From a virus, in the IMG/VR virus record IMGVR_UViG_3300017991_000004, positions 1-64,000 of that record: a DNA stretch of 64,000 nt, one strand, 5' to 3'. Below are positions 10,556 to 20,019 of this stretch, piece after piece. The translations under genes and the position numbers were made by a program. The notes beneath the pieces were generated by a model that had not been told where the DNA came from, ran no database searches, and saw only the letters and a list, made by a program, of their open reading frames with translations. Within the stretch, counting starts at the first letter, position 1; every line of letters begins with the position of its first letter.

Positions 10556-11345
10556 AAAACGAGCCGTCTTCGGGCAACCTCACTTGAAAGTTAGCCCCAC
10601 ACTGCGGGCAATTCAGGTCGATGTTCATGTAGTAGCCCGGCTCCACGGACGCAAACTCGCGCCGCAGAGACAGCAGGGTAGCTCCGGTAGTCCCGTTGCG
10701 GACATAATCCAGAGCCTCGAACAGGTTCACTTCCTCCCCGTTGACCCCTACGATATGCTTTGCCATCGCAAAGGACCGAACAAAGTCGCCCCGCTTTCCA
10801 GCCTTCTTGCCCTTCTTGAAAAAGTTTTCAGCGGCAATCTGGTCTTCGATGCGGAGTAGGCGGAAGGTAACCGTGTCGTTGTAGGGAGGGAGCGGTTCCG
10901 TGGTGAACGGTTCGTGGAACTTGTCCCGCTCGAAGCCCGGTTCAGTGTCGTAGACGGTGCAATCCAGTTCCTCGAGGTCTTTGATGTGAGGCTCCGAGGG
11001 GAACTCTTTACAAACCGGACACTTCGGAGAAAAGGCCATCTCCGAACCGTAGCTGAAACCAAAGAAGTTGAAGAGGAGCGCGACCCAGTCGGAAAACAGC
11101 AGTTGCTTGTAGGGCAGGTTTCCCAGGTCAGTGAGTTGCTCCACTTTATCCCGAAGCACGGGGAGAGCGACGGCACCCTCCCCGGCTCCGGCGATAATCT
11201 CTTCGTCTTCTCCTCGCATCGCCTTCATGGTGACCATGCCGTCGGGAAGCAGGTCACCGTATAACCAGCCGCACGAAGGCAACTGGTAATTGCGAACGAG
11301 TCTATCCCGGTGTTGCCAGGATTTCAGTCTCCCCTGCTGCGCCAT
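10368..11345 (-). CDS. Baseplate hub assembly / tail assembly chaperone (T4 gp26-like)
   Basis: LPS.G..Y, CPVC and CPQC zinc knuckles, FRLLR, FF motif near the C-terminus; located between tube and tape measure. Confidence 0.7.
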   Translation of the reverse strand: MAQQGRLKSWQHRDRLVRNYQLPSCGWLYGDLLPDGMVTMKAMRGEDEEIIAGAGEGAVALPVLRDKVEQLTDLGNLPYKQLLFSDWVALLFNFFGFSYGSEMAFSPKCPVCKEFPSEPHIKDLEELDCTVYDTEPGFERDKFHEPFTTEPLPPYNDTVTFRLLRIEDQIAAENFFKKGKKAGKRGDFVRSFAMAKHIVGVNGEEVNLFEALDYVRNGTTGATLLSLRREFASVEPGYYMNIDLNCPQCGANFQVRLPEDGSFFRRVDSEHRQSKAAKALDAELRAGGTDLGGLGDDGSLAEGRLLRQGESTSEEAGAGTAEGEA

Positions 11346-11398
11346 ATGAGTATCTCCTTAAAACAGGCATCGAAAAATCCTAACCAGCGAACCAGGTA

Positions 11399-11929
11399 CT
11401 AGAGATTCCGGGCGACAATGAAGTCCACGGAGAACCTCATTTCCATGACAGCCTGCTCGCCGTCCGCGAAGTCCACCTCCTTCGGAGGTTCGTTCATCGG
11501 GAAGAGACCGTCGAGCAGATAAGACCGCCCTTCGGTGTCGTCTTCCTTGAGCAGGACCAGGGTTGCCTGCGTCTTGATGTCGCGCGGCAGCCCCATTATC
11601 CCCGTCGTGGGGTTGTAGACACGCCGGAACAGCCGCTGGAGCGTTTCCCGCGAACCCGCGTCGTGGTAGTCGCGGAACGATGCGGTCATCTCCTCCAGGG
11701 GCTCGGGCTTCGTGGGGTAGAACACTGTCCCGTTCAGGTAAGTGATTTCACCCCGCCCGACGACGTATCCCGGCACCACACAGCTTTGCAGGGACAACAT
11801 CAGGATTTCCTGACCACCGGGGACCAGGCCGTCGATGTGCATTTCCAGCATCCCCATGTTCTTCTTTTGGGGATTGTATTTGCCCTGGGCCTGGGCAACG
11901 TGGTCCGCGTTGTACCGATAGGTCGGCAT
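11399..11929 (-). CDS. Tail tube protein (gp19-like)
   Basis: 176 aa right after the sheath; YLNG..FYP, Y.L.GLFP, MEMRFSVD pattern. Confidence 0.8.
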   Translation of the reverse strand: MPTYRYNADHVAQAQGKYNPQKKNMGMLEMHIDGLVPGGQEILMLSLQSCVVPGYVVGRGEITYLNGTVFYPTKPEPLEEMTASFRDYHDAGSRETLQRLFRRVYNPTTGIMGLPRDIKTQATLVLLKEDDTEGRSYLLDGLFPMNEPPKEVDFADGEQAVMEMRFSVDFIVARNL

Positions 11930-11952
11930 GACTTATCCTCCAATGGTTTCTA

Positions 11953-11970
11953 TCTGCGGGTACCAGCAGA
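11953..11970. repeat. 18-bp palindrome, 1 mismatch (TCTGCGGGTACCAGCAGA)
   Basis: Abuts the sheath stop codon, upstream of the tube RBS. Confidence 0.85.
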
Positions 11971-14900
11971 CTAGCCCGCCAGTCCCAGGACTTCCTCGAA
12001 CGACACCGCCGAAGGCACGATGATGACGTTGTACTCGATGACTTCGGCCGCCTTCGTAGGCTTAATCATCAGGCGCGCCACGGCCCTCAACTGGTCGCGC
12101 ACGGCCGGAGGATTCGTCGTCGAGTCGCAGTAGAGGTAGGCGTCTTCCAGCCCTCTCTTAGCCAACATCGGCTTGATAATGAGGCGACCCGTTGCCTCGA
12201 TTTGCCTCCAGAGAATCGGGTCGTTCAACTCGAACTCGTACCGCATGTTCGCGAGTTCCAGCAGGTTGCCCAGCTTGTTGAGCAGAAGCCGCACGTTGAT
12301 GCGGTCCCTGGCCTGCGTGACCGTGCCGCGAAGCATGGTCCGCTGCCCGTCGATGAAGATGCCTTCGCCGACCTTGTAGCGGATGGGATTGACGACGTTC
12401 TGCCGCGTCCCGTCGAACTCGTACATCACCGTTCGGTCGTCCCTGTCAGGACTGTACCGGATGGTATTGATATCCTCGAACATTCCGCGCTGAGTCCCTG
12501 CGACCGGATACCAGACCTCTTTCTCCTGGTCTGTCTTGGCAATGAGTTGCGCGAAGTCGCCCTCGGGCGGCTCCCACACGTCCTTGTTCTCGTACTGGTC
12601 GAGGTAATTGAGATAGAACGCATGGCAGGAGGCGTGGTCCGAGTTCACCTCGCTCAGAGGCGGATAGGGCACCCAGGCCGTCGGACGGGCCACACCGCCC
12701 GGAGTGGCTGCGTTGTAGTTGCCGTTCACGAAGTCCGTCACGTCCTGCGCCAGGTCCGTGGACCGCACGCCCGGCAACAGTTGGCTCATGTCCTTCGGCA
12801 GGCAGAAGTCAGGCAGGGAGTACATCCAGTGCGTCCGCCGCCCTTCAGCGACACTCAACGCGATACCGGCATCCCCTACCTGTCGGTGCCACTGCCCCGG
12901 CGATGCCAGAACGTCCACCGCGACTACATCGGTGTTGCGGAAGAGTTGCAGGCCCGTGTAGATGGAACCGGTCTTCGCACCCACGATGTCTGCGCGGGTG
13001 AAAGCGCCCGTCATGCCCAGGTCTTGCGAGCCCGTCACATCCGGCTCCGTCCCTGCGCCCGTATCCTCGATTCGGACCAGGTTCGAGCCGGTGCCGTCCG
13101 TGGCATTCACCGTTGCGACGAGGTCGTCGAAGTCGTCGAGGAGGTCCCACGACTCGACCGCGACTGAGCCGGTACCGTCGTTGAACATCACCCGGAACCG
13201 CATCTTGGTCGCGTCGGAAGGCGAAGCGTCAAGAATGCAGTACAGGCCGTCCGTGATGGTCGAGCGTTCGTTGCCGATGTCGCTCGTCCACTGGCAAGTG
13301 ACGTGACCCACAACCTCCTCTGCGACGATGAACACTGCCTCGCCGTTGTAGGGCGCGGCAGTCCAGTTGACTGTGTTCACGCCCGTCAGGAAGTTCACCG
13401 GGTTCGACCCTGCACCGCCTGCGACGTTCTGGTCCCAGTAGTCCGGCGGCCCCGTCGTAGCGAAGGCGACTTGTGACTCGCCCGCACCGGGCACGGACTG
13501 TTGCCCGGCCTGGAAGTGCAGCATCCGGTTCGTCTGCCGCCGGATGGGCGCGTCCTCCACGTCAGAGGCGAAGGACTGGGTAGTCCCGTCGCCCCAGCCC
13601 ACCAGCGTACCATGCTGGTAGACCGCGTGAATCGTGCCGTTGTTCTCGACATTCTGGTTTGCGCCGAAGTTCAGCGTGAGCAGAAACAGGCCGGTCGAAT
13701 AGTCGAGCCAGTTCAGGCCCTTGTAGTCGTTGCCGCTCGCCGGGTCGGTGTTGTCCAGCCTGCGGCCCCGGAGCGAGTGCAGGTTCAGGCTGCCCGCGAC
13801 ATCGACGTAGGAGGCGTCAATGGTCGCACCTGCCTGCACGTTGGCGCTGAAGGTGATGTCCCACGCGCCCGTGGTGTAGTCGATAGACCCGACGACATCC
13901 ACTGCTTCCGCGTTGCCTCGCCGCAGCGTGCAAAGCCCTCCCAGTCCGTCGTCGAAGACCGTTTCGGGGGTACCCGGCCCGCCTACGTCAGAGCAGACGA
14001 ACCGAACCGAACCAGGCACGACGGGAATGTTCGCCAGCGGAGCGCAGTTGGCGTCCGCGCTGTCGATTTGCGGGGCGCCACCCGTTGCGTTGGTGCAGAC
14101 CTGGTCGGCGGCGATATAGGACCCGGCCAGCCCGGCGAGAGCGTTGCCTCCCAAGTCGGACACGACCATGGCATACTTCGCCGAAATGACCGAGTTGGCG
14201 GGCACCTGAGCGGGGAAGGTGATGTCCCATGCCCCGTTGCGGTAGTCGATGGTACCCACCACCGGAGTACCCCCGCCGTCAGCCGCAGTGTTCCAGCCTC
14301 CGAACCCGTCGTCGTAGACGGTTTGCGTGCCGCTGGCAGTGGGCGCAGTCACTTGCACCGTACCTGGCACGATATACCCGTCCATTTCCTGACAGTTCGC
14401 GTCGGCGCTGTCGTGTTGTGCTGCGGCGATGCCGGAGTCAGTGCTGATGGAGTCTTCCATCGGAACGTGCAGTTGCGCCCGCGCCGTAGCAACGCTCGAC
14501 GGGCAGACATCCGGCGTTGCAAGTCCGCCCGAATATACGGCCTGCCCTGCGAGAGTCGCCCCTGCCGAGTTCGTGCGGGCGCGGATGTGAATGGTGTCCA
14601 CCGTCCCACCCAGGAAGAGGGTAGGACCGCCGACCAACTGCACGCCGAACTTGCCGGTGCGATAGTTGACGTAGCCGACGTGAGTAGAGGTTGCGTCCCG
14701 CAGCAGGCCCACGCCGTTGTAGGCCATGCCGTTCAGGAGCGTTCCACCTTCGTCGTCCGTCAATTCTGCCCACGACCCTGCGCCCGTAGGAACGCGCACC
14801 GTAAAAGCTCCCGGCTGCACCGCCATCCCGAGGTTGCCGCGAAACTCGGTTCCGCCTGCTTCCGCTGCGGTGATGGTGAAGTAGTTCGCCCAGGTGCGGC

Positions 14901-15579
14901 TGCCGGGCACGCTGTCCATCATGCCGAAGAACCGCTTGCCTGCGATACCGCCAGTCGAGGACTCCTCGCTGCGGGTGGAGGCGAAGGCCCCGTCGTCACC
15001 CCCAGCAAGGGCCTCCGGCGTCAGCAGACCCGTGACTGCATCTCGCGTCTCGTCAGGTGCAGTCGTGCCGACGCCACTCTCGACCGTGACCGTGATGTAG
15101 GCCGAGTTCCCGTTGATTTTGGTTTCCACATCACCGTTGGTGAGGTTCAACCAGTTCTCGCCAAGCACCGCCCGTCCCTTGTCGAACACTTGGATGTTGT
15201 ACTCGGTGGACGAGTTCTGCGTGATGGCGATGCTGACATCCCCGTCCGCCCAGGTGCCGGGAGAGGCTGCCTTCACGGTGAGGATTTTGGTCCCTCCACC
15301 GTAGAAGGCTTTTTGAGCATAGGCGAGCAGCGAACCGGCGACCCGAACGTACTTGAGCCGGTTGCCACGCCGCAGGAAACGGATGCCTGCCCGCACACCG
15401 TACTCACGGTCCACGGGCTTTCCGAACTGGGCGACGAAGTCCGGCTCGGAAATGCTTTCGAGAAGGGTATCGGGCTCACCCTTCGACGCCGCCCCGATAA
15501 GGCCGACGATAAGGTCAGCATCACGGGGGATGTTCAGCGTCAGTTCTTCTTCAGTCAGGTAAAATCCTGGCAATGTCAT
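11971..15579 (-). CDS. Tail sheath protein (gp18-like) with large internal insertion of repeated beta domains
   Basis: N-terminal PGFYLTEE, GAASKG, YVRVA; C-terminal WYPVAG.QRG, NPI, GQRT, DRINVRLL, FELND, IKPTKAAEVI. Confidence 0.92.
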   Translation of the reverse strand: MTLPGFYLTEEELTLNIPRDADLIVGLIGAASKGEPDTLLESISEPDFVAQFGKPVDREYGVRAGIRFLRRGNRLKYVRVAGSLLAYAQKAFYGGGTKILTVKAASPGTWADGDVSIAITQNSSTEYNIQVFDKGRAVLGENWLNLTNGDVETKINGNSAYITVTVESGVGTTAPDETRDAVTGLLTPEALAGGDDGAFASTRSEESSTGGIAGKRFFGMMDSVPGSRTWANYFTITAAEAGGTEFRGNLGMAVQPGAFTVRVPTGAGSWAELTDDEGGTLLNGMAYNGVGLLRDATSTHVGYVNYRTGKFGVQLVGGPTLFLGGTVDTIHIRARTNSAGATLAGQAVYSGGLATPDVCPSSVATARAQLHVPMEDSISTDSGIAAAQHDSADANCQEMDGYIVPGTVQVTAPTASGTQTVYDDGFGGWNTAADGGGTPVVGTIDYRNGAWDITFPAQVPANSVISAKYAMVVSDLGGNALAGLAGSYIAADQVCTNATGGAPQIDSADANCAPLANIPVVPGSVRFVCSDVGGPGTPETVFDDGLGGLCTLRRGNAEAVDVVGSIDYTTGAWDITFSANVQAGATIDASYVDVAGSLNLHSLRGRRLDNTDPASGNDYKGLNWLDYSTGLFLLTLNFGANQNVENNGTIHAVYQHGTLVGWGDGTTQSFASDVEDAPIRRQTNRMLHFQAGQQSVPGAGESQVAFATTGPPDYWDQNVAGGAGSNPVNFLTGVNTVNWTAAPYNGEAVFIVAEEVVGHVTCQWTSDIGNERSTITDGLYCILDASPSDATKMRFRVMFNDGTGSVAVESWDLLDDFDDLVATVNATDGTGSNLVRIEDTGAGTEPDVTGSQDLGMTGAFTRADIVGAKTGSIYTGLQLFRNTDVVAVDVLASPGQWHRQVGDAGIALSVAEGRRTHWMYSLPDFCLPKDMSQLLPGVRSTDLAQDVTDFVNGNYNAATPGGVARPTAWVPYPPLSEVNSDHASCHAFYLNYLDQYENKDVWEPPEGDFAQLIAKTDQEKEVWYPVAGTQRGMFEDINTIRYSPDRDDRTVMYEFDGTRQNVVNPIRYKVGEGIFIDGQRTMLRGTVTQARDRINVRLLLNKLGNLLELANMRYEFELNDPILWRQIEATGRLIIKPMLAKRGLEDAYLYCDSTTNPPAVRDQLRAVARLMIKPTKAAEVIEYNVIIVPSAVSFEEVLGLAG

Positions 15580-15591
15580 CTTGATTCCTCC

Positions 15592-16329
15592 TTAGACGAC
15601 GAAGTTTATTGTGGCTGTTTCGAGGACCACAGGAGGCTCGCCGGACTCGTCCTCCACAGTGTATTGAAACTGCTTGACCAGTCTAACTTCAAAGGGAACT
15701 CTAGGCAACCACCCGTAGAGGGTACCCGAAAAGGTTTTCCGAATATCCTTCGGCGTGCTGGTCGCACCAGTTGTCTGGTCCTGGTCCGTGATTCCCTCGT
15801 CCGTCAAACGGCAGGTTATATCTCCCATGTATCTACAATGCTCAGGGAGGCTGTACGGCGGCTGGTAGTATTTAGCCTCCCCAAAGCGAACAAGCAGAGG
15901 CAAGTCGTCCGCGACAAACATTCCTTTCAGTTGACCTGTCAGAAGGTTCGCGCAGTGCCAGTCATCCCCGCACCAGATGTCCGCCTGAACCGTAAAGTTC
16001 TCCGGGCGGGGTTCCATGACTGAGAGCCCAATTCCTTTCTCTTCGTCGATGGCGATACCCCGGTGAATGTGAGTCGAAAACCGATTAGGGTCGTACCCGG
16101 CATACGCCATAAACACGCTGATGAAAGGTCGGGGAACTGACGCCTCCTCGAACTCTAGCGTCACTTCTTCGACCTTCCGTCCCGTCTTCGACGCCGACAG
16201 ACGGCGGTAGTATTCGTACATCTGAGCATGGGCGCGGTCGGGGGCGGCGTACACCACCTTCACCGGCTGCCCCAACCACTTGAGACGTCGGAAGAACTTC
16301 AACAGCGAATCTTGGTAAGGAGTAATCAT
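15592..16329 (-). CDS. Putative tail terminator / sheath stabiliser (gp15-like)
   Basis: VKVVYAAPDRA...PFISV pattern; lies immediately upstream of the sheath. Confidence 0.55.
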   Translation of the reverse strand: MITPYQDSLLKFFRRLKWLGQPVKVVYAAPDRAHAQMYEYYRRLSASKTGRKVEEVTLEFEEASVPRPFISVFMAYAGYDPNRFSTHIHRGIAIDEEKGIGLSVMEPRPENFTVQADIWCGDDWHCANLLTGQLKGMFVADDLPLLVRFGEAKYYQPPYSLPEHCRYMGDITCRLTDEGITDQDQTTGATSTPKDIRKTFSGTLYGWLPRVPFEVRLVKQFQYTVEDESGEPPVVLETATINFVV

Positions 16330-16338
16330 GGGTAAAAG

Positions 16339-16356
16339 TCTGCTGGTACCAGCAGA
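16339..16356. repeat. 18-bp palindrome
   Basis: Exact copy, intergenic, flanked by TAAAAG on both sides. Confidence 0.95.
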
Positions 16357-16362
16357 TAAAAG

Positions 16363-16527
16363 TTACTCCTGTAGTTGCGCCAACTGGGCCTGGAGTCGGC
16401 TAATCCGCGCCTGAATGTCAGTCGCGATTTCCTCGAAGTCATCACCCAAAGAAACGGCCTTGTCATGAAGGACCATCATCTGTAGAAGACGAGCCTGCAC
16501 GACTTTGATTCTCGGATTTTGAGCCAT
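16363..16527 (-). CDS. Small coiled-coil hypothetical protein (54 aa, MAQNPRIKVVQ...)
   Basis: GGAGGA RBS; ORF fills the gap between neighbours; below the ORF-track cutoff. Confidence 0.6.
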   Translation of the reverse strand: MAQNPRIKVVQARLLQMMVLHDKAVSLGDDFEEIATDIQARISRLQAQLAQLQE

Positions 16528-16535
16528 CGTTCCTC

Positions 16536-17120
16536 CTACAACGGTGCGCCGTTAACCGCAACCGTCAAAACGTCTACAATGTCGCCCGTGTCTGTATTGA
16601 CCACCAAAAGGTTTACATTCCAGTATCCAGTCGAAAAGGGCGGAAACAATCCACCCTGTGAATCCCACCAAACCTCATACACTGTCACTGTTCCCGGTCC
16701 CCACGGTATCTCTGACAGAATGTTACCGTTGCCTACTATGGCTTGCCCGCCTCCCCCGTCGTCACACGTCGCCTGTAAGTATAGTTCCTCTAGGGTATCT
16801 AATGGTCTGCGGACGACTACATATGCCGGGTCAAGCGGGTCAAAACCTGCCCCAAAATCGGCCATGGGCCTGGGGTCTAACAGCATGAGCAAACCCGCTT
16901 CCGTATACCCGGCTCCACTTCCGCCAAAGGCACCAGGACGTATCCAATCGCCTGAATCTTCGTCGCCCACCCACGGGCCGTAATCTGCGCCAGGGGTGTC
17001 GACAAAAATCTTCCGGCCCTCGTCGTCGGGGCTAGAATACGCTGGTTTAGCTGCCAGCGTCTCGTCGCGGTAGTTCTGCAACTCAAAGCCCTGAGCGTCT
17101 TGGTGTCCGCTCCACTGCAT
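16536..17120 (-). CDS. Hypothetical virion protein
   Basis: 194-aa ORF with GGAGGA RBS in the morphogenesis operon. Confidence 0.6.
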   Translation of the reverse strand: MQWSGHQDAQGFELQNYRDETLAAKPAYSSPDDEGRKIFVDTPGADYGPWVGDEDSGDWIRPGAFGGSGAGYTEAGLLMLLDPRPMADFGAGFDPLDPAYVVVRRPLDTLEELYLQATCDDGGGGQAIVGNGNILSEIPWGPGTVTVYEVWWDSQGGLFPPFSTGYWNVNLLVVNTDTGDIVDVLTVAVNGAPL

Positions 17121-17131
17121 GTCTTGTCCTC

Positions 17132-17887
17132 CTACTTCTGCGTCGCCGACACCTTAGAACTATGAGGCAAAGACAGTGTTTCTGCCTCGGGAATCTTGGC
17201 TTTGAACTCTGCGAGAACTTCCAAAGGGTCACGGTATTCTAACACACCGTTTGCTCTGGATTCAGGAGTGCAGCTAATTACCTTGAATCCCTTCTTGTCG
17301 AAGGTAGGCTTCAACTCCTCGAGCCTGTTAACTGAGTTCTCGTAGAGGCGTTGGTTCCACTTAACCTCTTCCCCATCGAGCTTAGTCTCCCAGGCGTACT
17401 GAGCGTCGTTCTCCATGACAAACCCACAACCTACCAAGTACACCGTGCGGAAACCCAAACGGTAGGCAAGCTGTAAGGCGATGAAGAAGGTGTTCTTCCA
17501 CCAGCACAGGTCCCGATTTCGTTCGAGGAAGTTACGCGGATTGAACCCGTCCTGCGTACCGAAGAAAAAGGTGTTGGGTCGCCTGCGCCAGGGAAACCCT
17601 TCGACGTCGTAGTCCCGCCTGCTGATTAGCGTGAACTTGAGCAGAGTGGGGTCACAAAGAATAGACCGGGAGTAACAATCCGGCTTGTCTCCACCCACCC
17701 ACATGGTTGCGGGCACTACCGTAGCTGCATTGTTTATTGCCAGAATGTGCGGACGCGGATGTTCGAGCAAGTCGGCAAACTCCCCTAGCGAGGGCGCACC
17801 GCCCGCAATAAAACACGCCTCGTCCTGAAACAAATCGTCCAGGTCAATAGGCAACCGCAGGTTGTTTTTCGTATACCGATAAAACAC
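17132..17887 (-). CDS. MptE/Maf-like (DUF115-type) sugar/nucleotide transferase-fold protein
   Basis: CFIAGGAPSL, ILAINNA and LQLAYRLGFRTVYLVGCG motifs. Confidence 0.7.
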   Translation of the reverse strand: MFYRYTKNNLRLPIDLDDLFQDEACFIAGGAPSLGEFADLLEHPRPHILAINNAATVVPATMWVGGDKPDCYSRSILCDPTLLKFTLISRRDYDVEGFPWRRRPNTFFFGTQDGFNPRNFLERNRDLCWWKNTFFIALQLAYRLGFRTVYLVGCGFVMENDAQYAWETKLDGEEVKWNQRLYENSVNRLEELKPTFDKKGFKVISCTPESRANGVLEYRDPLEVLAEFKAKIPEAETLSLPHSSKVSATQK

Positions 17888-17896
17888 TAGATACCT

Positions 17897-18463
17897 CTAA
17901 ATAGTGAGGTCCCACCACCCGTACACTCGCTTGAACATCGGGTCGGGGATAACCTCCATCGGTTGTCCCAGGTTGAACGGCAGCGCCTCGAGATTGACCT
18001 TGGCGAAACCGCCCGGTTCGATGTCCCGAAGAGAATTGTTGAGACCAGGAGTAGTTTCGGCGAACAGGTAATCTCCGTACTGCCGGAAATTGGCGAGGGC
18101 GGCCATAATCATCTCGTTGGTCCAGTGAATGAACACATCCTTGCAAATGATTAAGTCACAGACGGCCAGTTCTTCCGTGATGATGTCTTTGACCTCGAAA
18201 GGCATAGACCGCCTCTTTCGGTCTACGACATCGTAGCCCTGGTAAGTGACGCCGGGCAGGAGCATCTCCTTGACCCAGTTGAAATCGCCGCAGCCGCAGT
18301 CGTCGATGGCATCGACGCCATACTTCCACAGAAGTTGCTGCAAGGCGCTCCGCATGGCAGCAGTGTTCTCCAGGGTGGAACCGTAGCCGCAAGGGGTTTC
18401 GCCCCCGGAAGTCCAGGCGCGACTGAACAGCTTTTTGAGTTCGTCCTTTGTAGGTATGCTCAT
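17897..18463 (-). CDS. Class I SAM-dependent methyltransferase
   Basis: G.GST, DCGCGDFNW, YQGYDVV, DLIICKDVFIH; start taken at MSIPTK. Confidence 0.8.
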   Translation of the reverse strand: MSIPTKDELKKLFSRAWTSGGETPCGYGSTLENTAAMRSALQQLLWKYGVDAIDDCGCGDFNWVKEMLLPGVTYQGYDVVDRKRRSMPFEVKDIITEELAVCDLIICKDVFIHWTNEMIMAALANFRQYGDYLFAETTPGLNNSLRDIEPGGFAKVNLEALPFNLGQPMEVIPDPMFKRVYGWWDLTI

Positions 18464-18465
18464 GA

Positions 18466-18987
18466 CTACATTTCCAAAATGAGGGTGCCGCCTACTTTGC
18501 TGACAGTACCCCACTGTGCTAACTGGCCCTCAGTCCACAGATGCCGGTGCGTTTCATGGTCGTTACCGAATACACCTTTCTGTGGAATCCATTTGGCAGG
18601 CGTACTCAGTATGCCGCTGTTGGCCTTCTCCCGAATAAGCTCCAGCAGCCTCGTTCCGTCCTCGAAAGAAAAATGCTCCAGTACGTCGGCACAGATGGCC
18701 AGGTCATACGGTTCTACGCTGGGTAGCACATCGAGTGCGTCTCCTACGAGGACCGTATTGTATACCTGACTATGCACCTGATTGACGTAGACAGGAAATA
18801 CCTCAATAGCGTCAATACGAACCGTCCACTCCTCCTTGTGGAGCCGCCGCTGGTCGATGTCCGTGTACTGCCGTGAAAGCAGGCCGTACAAACCGCAGCC
18901 GCAGCCAATGTCTACGATACGCTTCGGTTTCGTCCGGATGATTTTCCATCCGATAGTCGTCAGCGCGTCTGGATACGAAATAGGCAT
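18466..18987 (-). CDS. Class I SAM-dependent methyltransferase
   Basis: IVDIGCGCGLYG, DVLEH, STP motifs. Confidence 0.85.
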   Translation of the reverse strand: MPISYPDALTTIGWKIIRTKPKRIVDIGCGCGLYGLLSRQYTDIDQRRLHKEEWTVRIDAIEVFPVYVNQVHSQVYNTVLVGDALDVLPSVEPYDLAICADVLEHFSFEDGTRLLELIREKANSGILSTPAKWIPQKGVFGNDHETHRHLWTEGQLAQWGTVSKVGGTLILEM

Positions 18988-19985
18988 TACACTGGGTTAT
19001 TCAGTAATAGGTTGAGCAGTTCTCCGTGAAGCTCCTTGTGCAGCACGGAAATATCTGCGTTTTCACGCGCCCACGCGCGACCTGCCTCACCCATGTCCTT
19101 TGCGAGTTTGGGATTGTCAAACAACTCCTCTACCCGCGCACGGATGAGATATTCGTCGTCAGGGTCTACCAGAAACCCTGTTTTCCTGTTTTGAATCTGC
19201 TCCGCTATGCCGCCCCGGTTCTCGCCGATGACCGGCAGTCCTGACGCCAGTGCCTCGGTCACTCCCCGGCACCAGGTCTCGGGTCCGAAAGACGGCGCAT
19301 TGACGTAGACAAACACGCCTATCTTCCCCATGTACCACGCGACCTTATGCCAGGACGGCAGTAGCGAAACCAGGCGACCGTTAGCGCTGCTGTAGAACTT
19401 GTTTGCTCCGGGCATGACCAGCTTGCTGTTTGTTTTCTCCGCAACCTTGAGCAGCACAAACGGGTATTTTTCAGGACGAGTTGGAGTAGCGATTTTGCCG
19501 ATGGTGCGCTCGCCGGTGCGTGCGACCTTGGCATAAGTACCGACCTGAATGCAGGGAGGTATGACTTTCCATCGCTGAATAAACCCGTTAGAAATAAGGT
19601 TGTTGTACTGCCGCTTGAGGTGCTGTGACACAAAGACGTGCAGGTCCGTTTTAATGGTCCCGTGCACCTTGCTGTGATGCCAGGAAATCGTGGGCCACTC
19701 CCGGAGCCATCCCCACGGGGCCTCCCCTTCGACATTGCGGCCGCTGATGTTGTGCAGTATCAGTATGGCCGGGTCAATCTCCTGTAGTGCCGCCCGCGTG
19801 CAAGCGCCGTGCATGGCACGGATTCCACCCGCGTTCAACATCTGGAGAGCACCTCGGTCATCCTGGTTTTTGATGTGCAACGCCACATGGACAAACTGCG
19901 GAAAGGCCGCAGCCAGGTCGCGAATGAACGTCGGCACCCCTCCCAGGATACAGACGTTATGGACGTGTAGCATGACGTTGTTCAC
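18987..19985 (-). CDS. Glycosyltransferase family 4 (GT-B fold)
   Basis: GGVP, FVSQHL, ETWCRGVTEALASGLPVI..N.GGIAEQI...TGFLV signature. Confidence 0.88.
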   Translation of the reverse strand: MNNVMLHVHNVCILGGVPTFIRDLAAAFPQFVHVALHIKNQDDRGALQMLNAGGIRAMHGACTRAALQEIDPAILILHNISGRNVEGEAPWGWLREWPTISWHHSKVHGTIKTDLHVFVSQHLKRQYNNLISNGFIQRWKVIPPCIQVGTYAKVARTGERTIGKIATPTRPEKYPFVLLKVAEKTNSKLVMPGANKFYSSANGRLVSLLPSWHKVAWYMGKIGVFVYVNAPSFGPETWCRGVTEALASGLPVIGENRGGIAEQIQNRKTGFLVDPDDEYLIRARVEELFDNPKLAKDMGEAGRAWARENADISVLHKELHGELLNLLLNNPV

Positions 19986-19995
19986 AGGAACTTCA

Positions 19996-20013
19996 TCTGC
20001 TGGTACCAGCAGA
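19996..20013. repeat. 18-bp palindrome
   Basis: Exact copy, 6 nt after the stop of 20020..21435. Confidence 0.95.
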
Positions 20014-20019
20014 TAACTC

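Noticed and set aside
13501-16023. 840-aa plus-strand ORF (and similar: 12202..13167, 28552..30102, 32245..33486, 40922..42058, 54771..56555)
   Set aside because: Antisense shadows of GC3-biased real genes; no recognisable motifs, and they overlap well-supported minus-strand CDSs.
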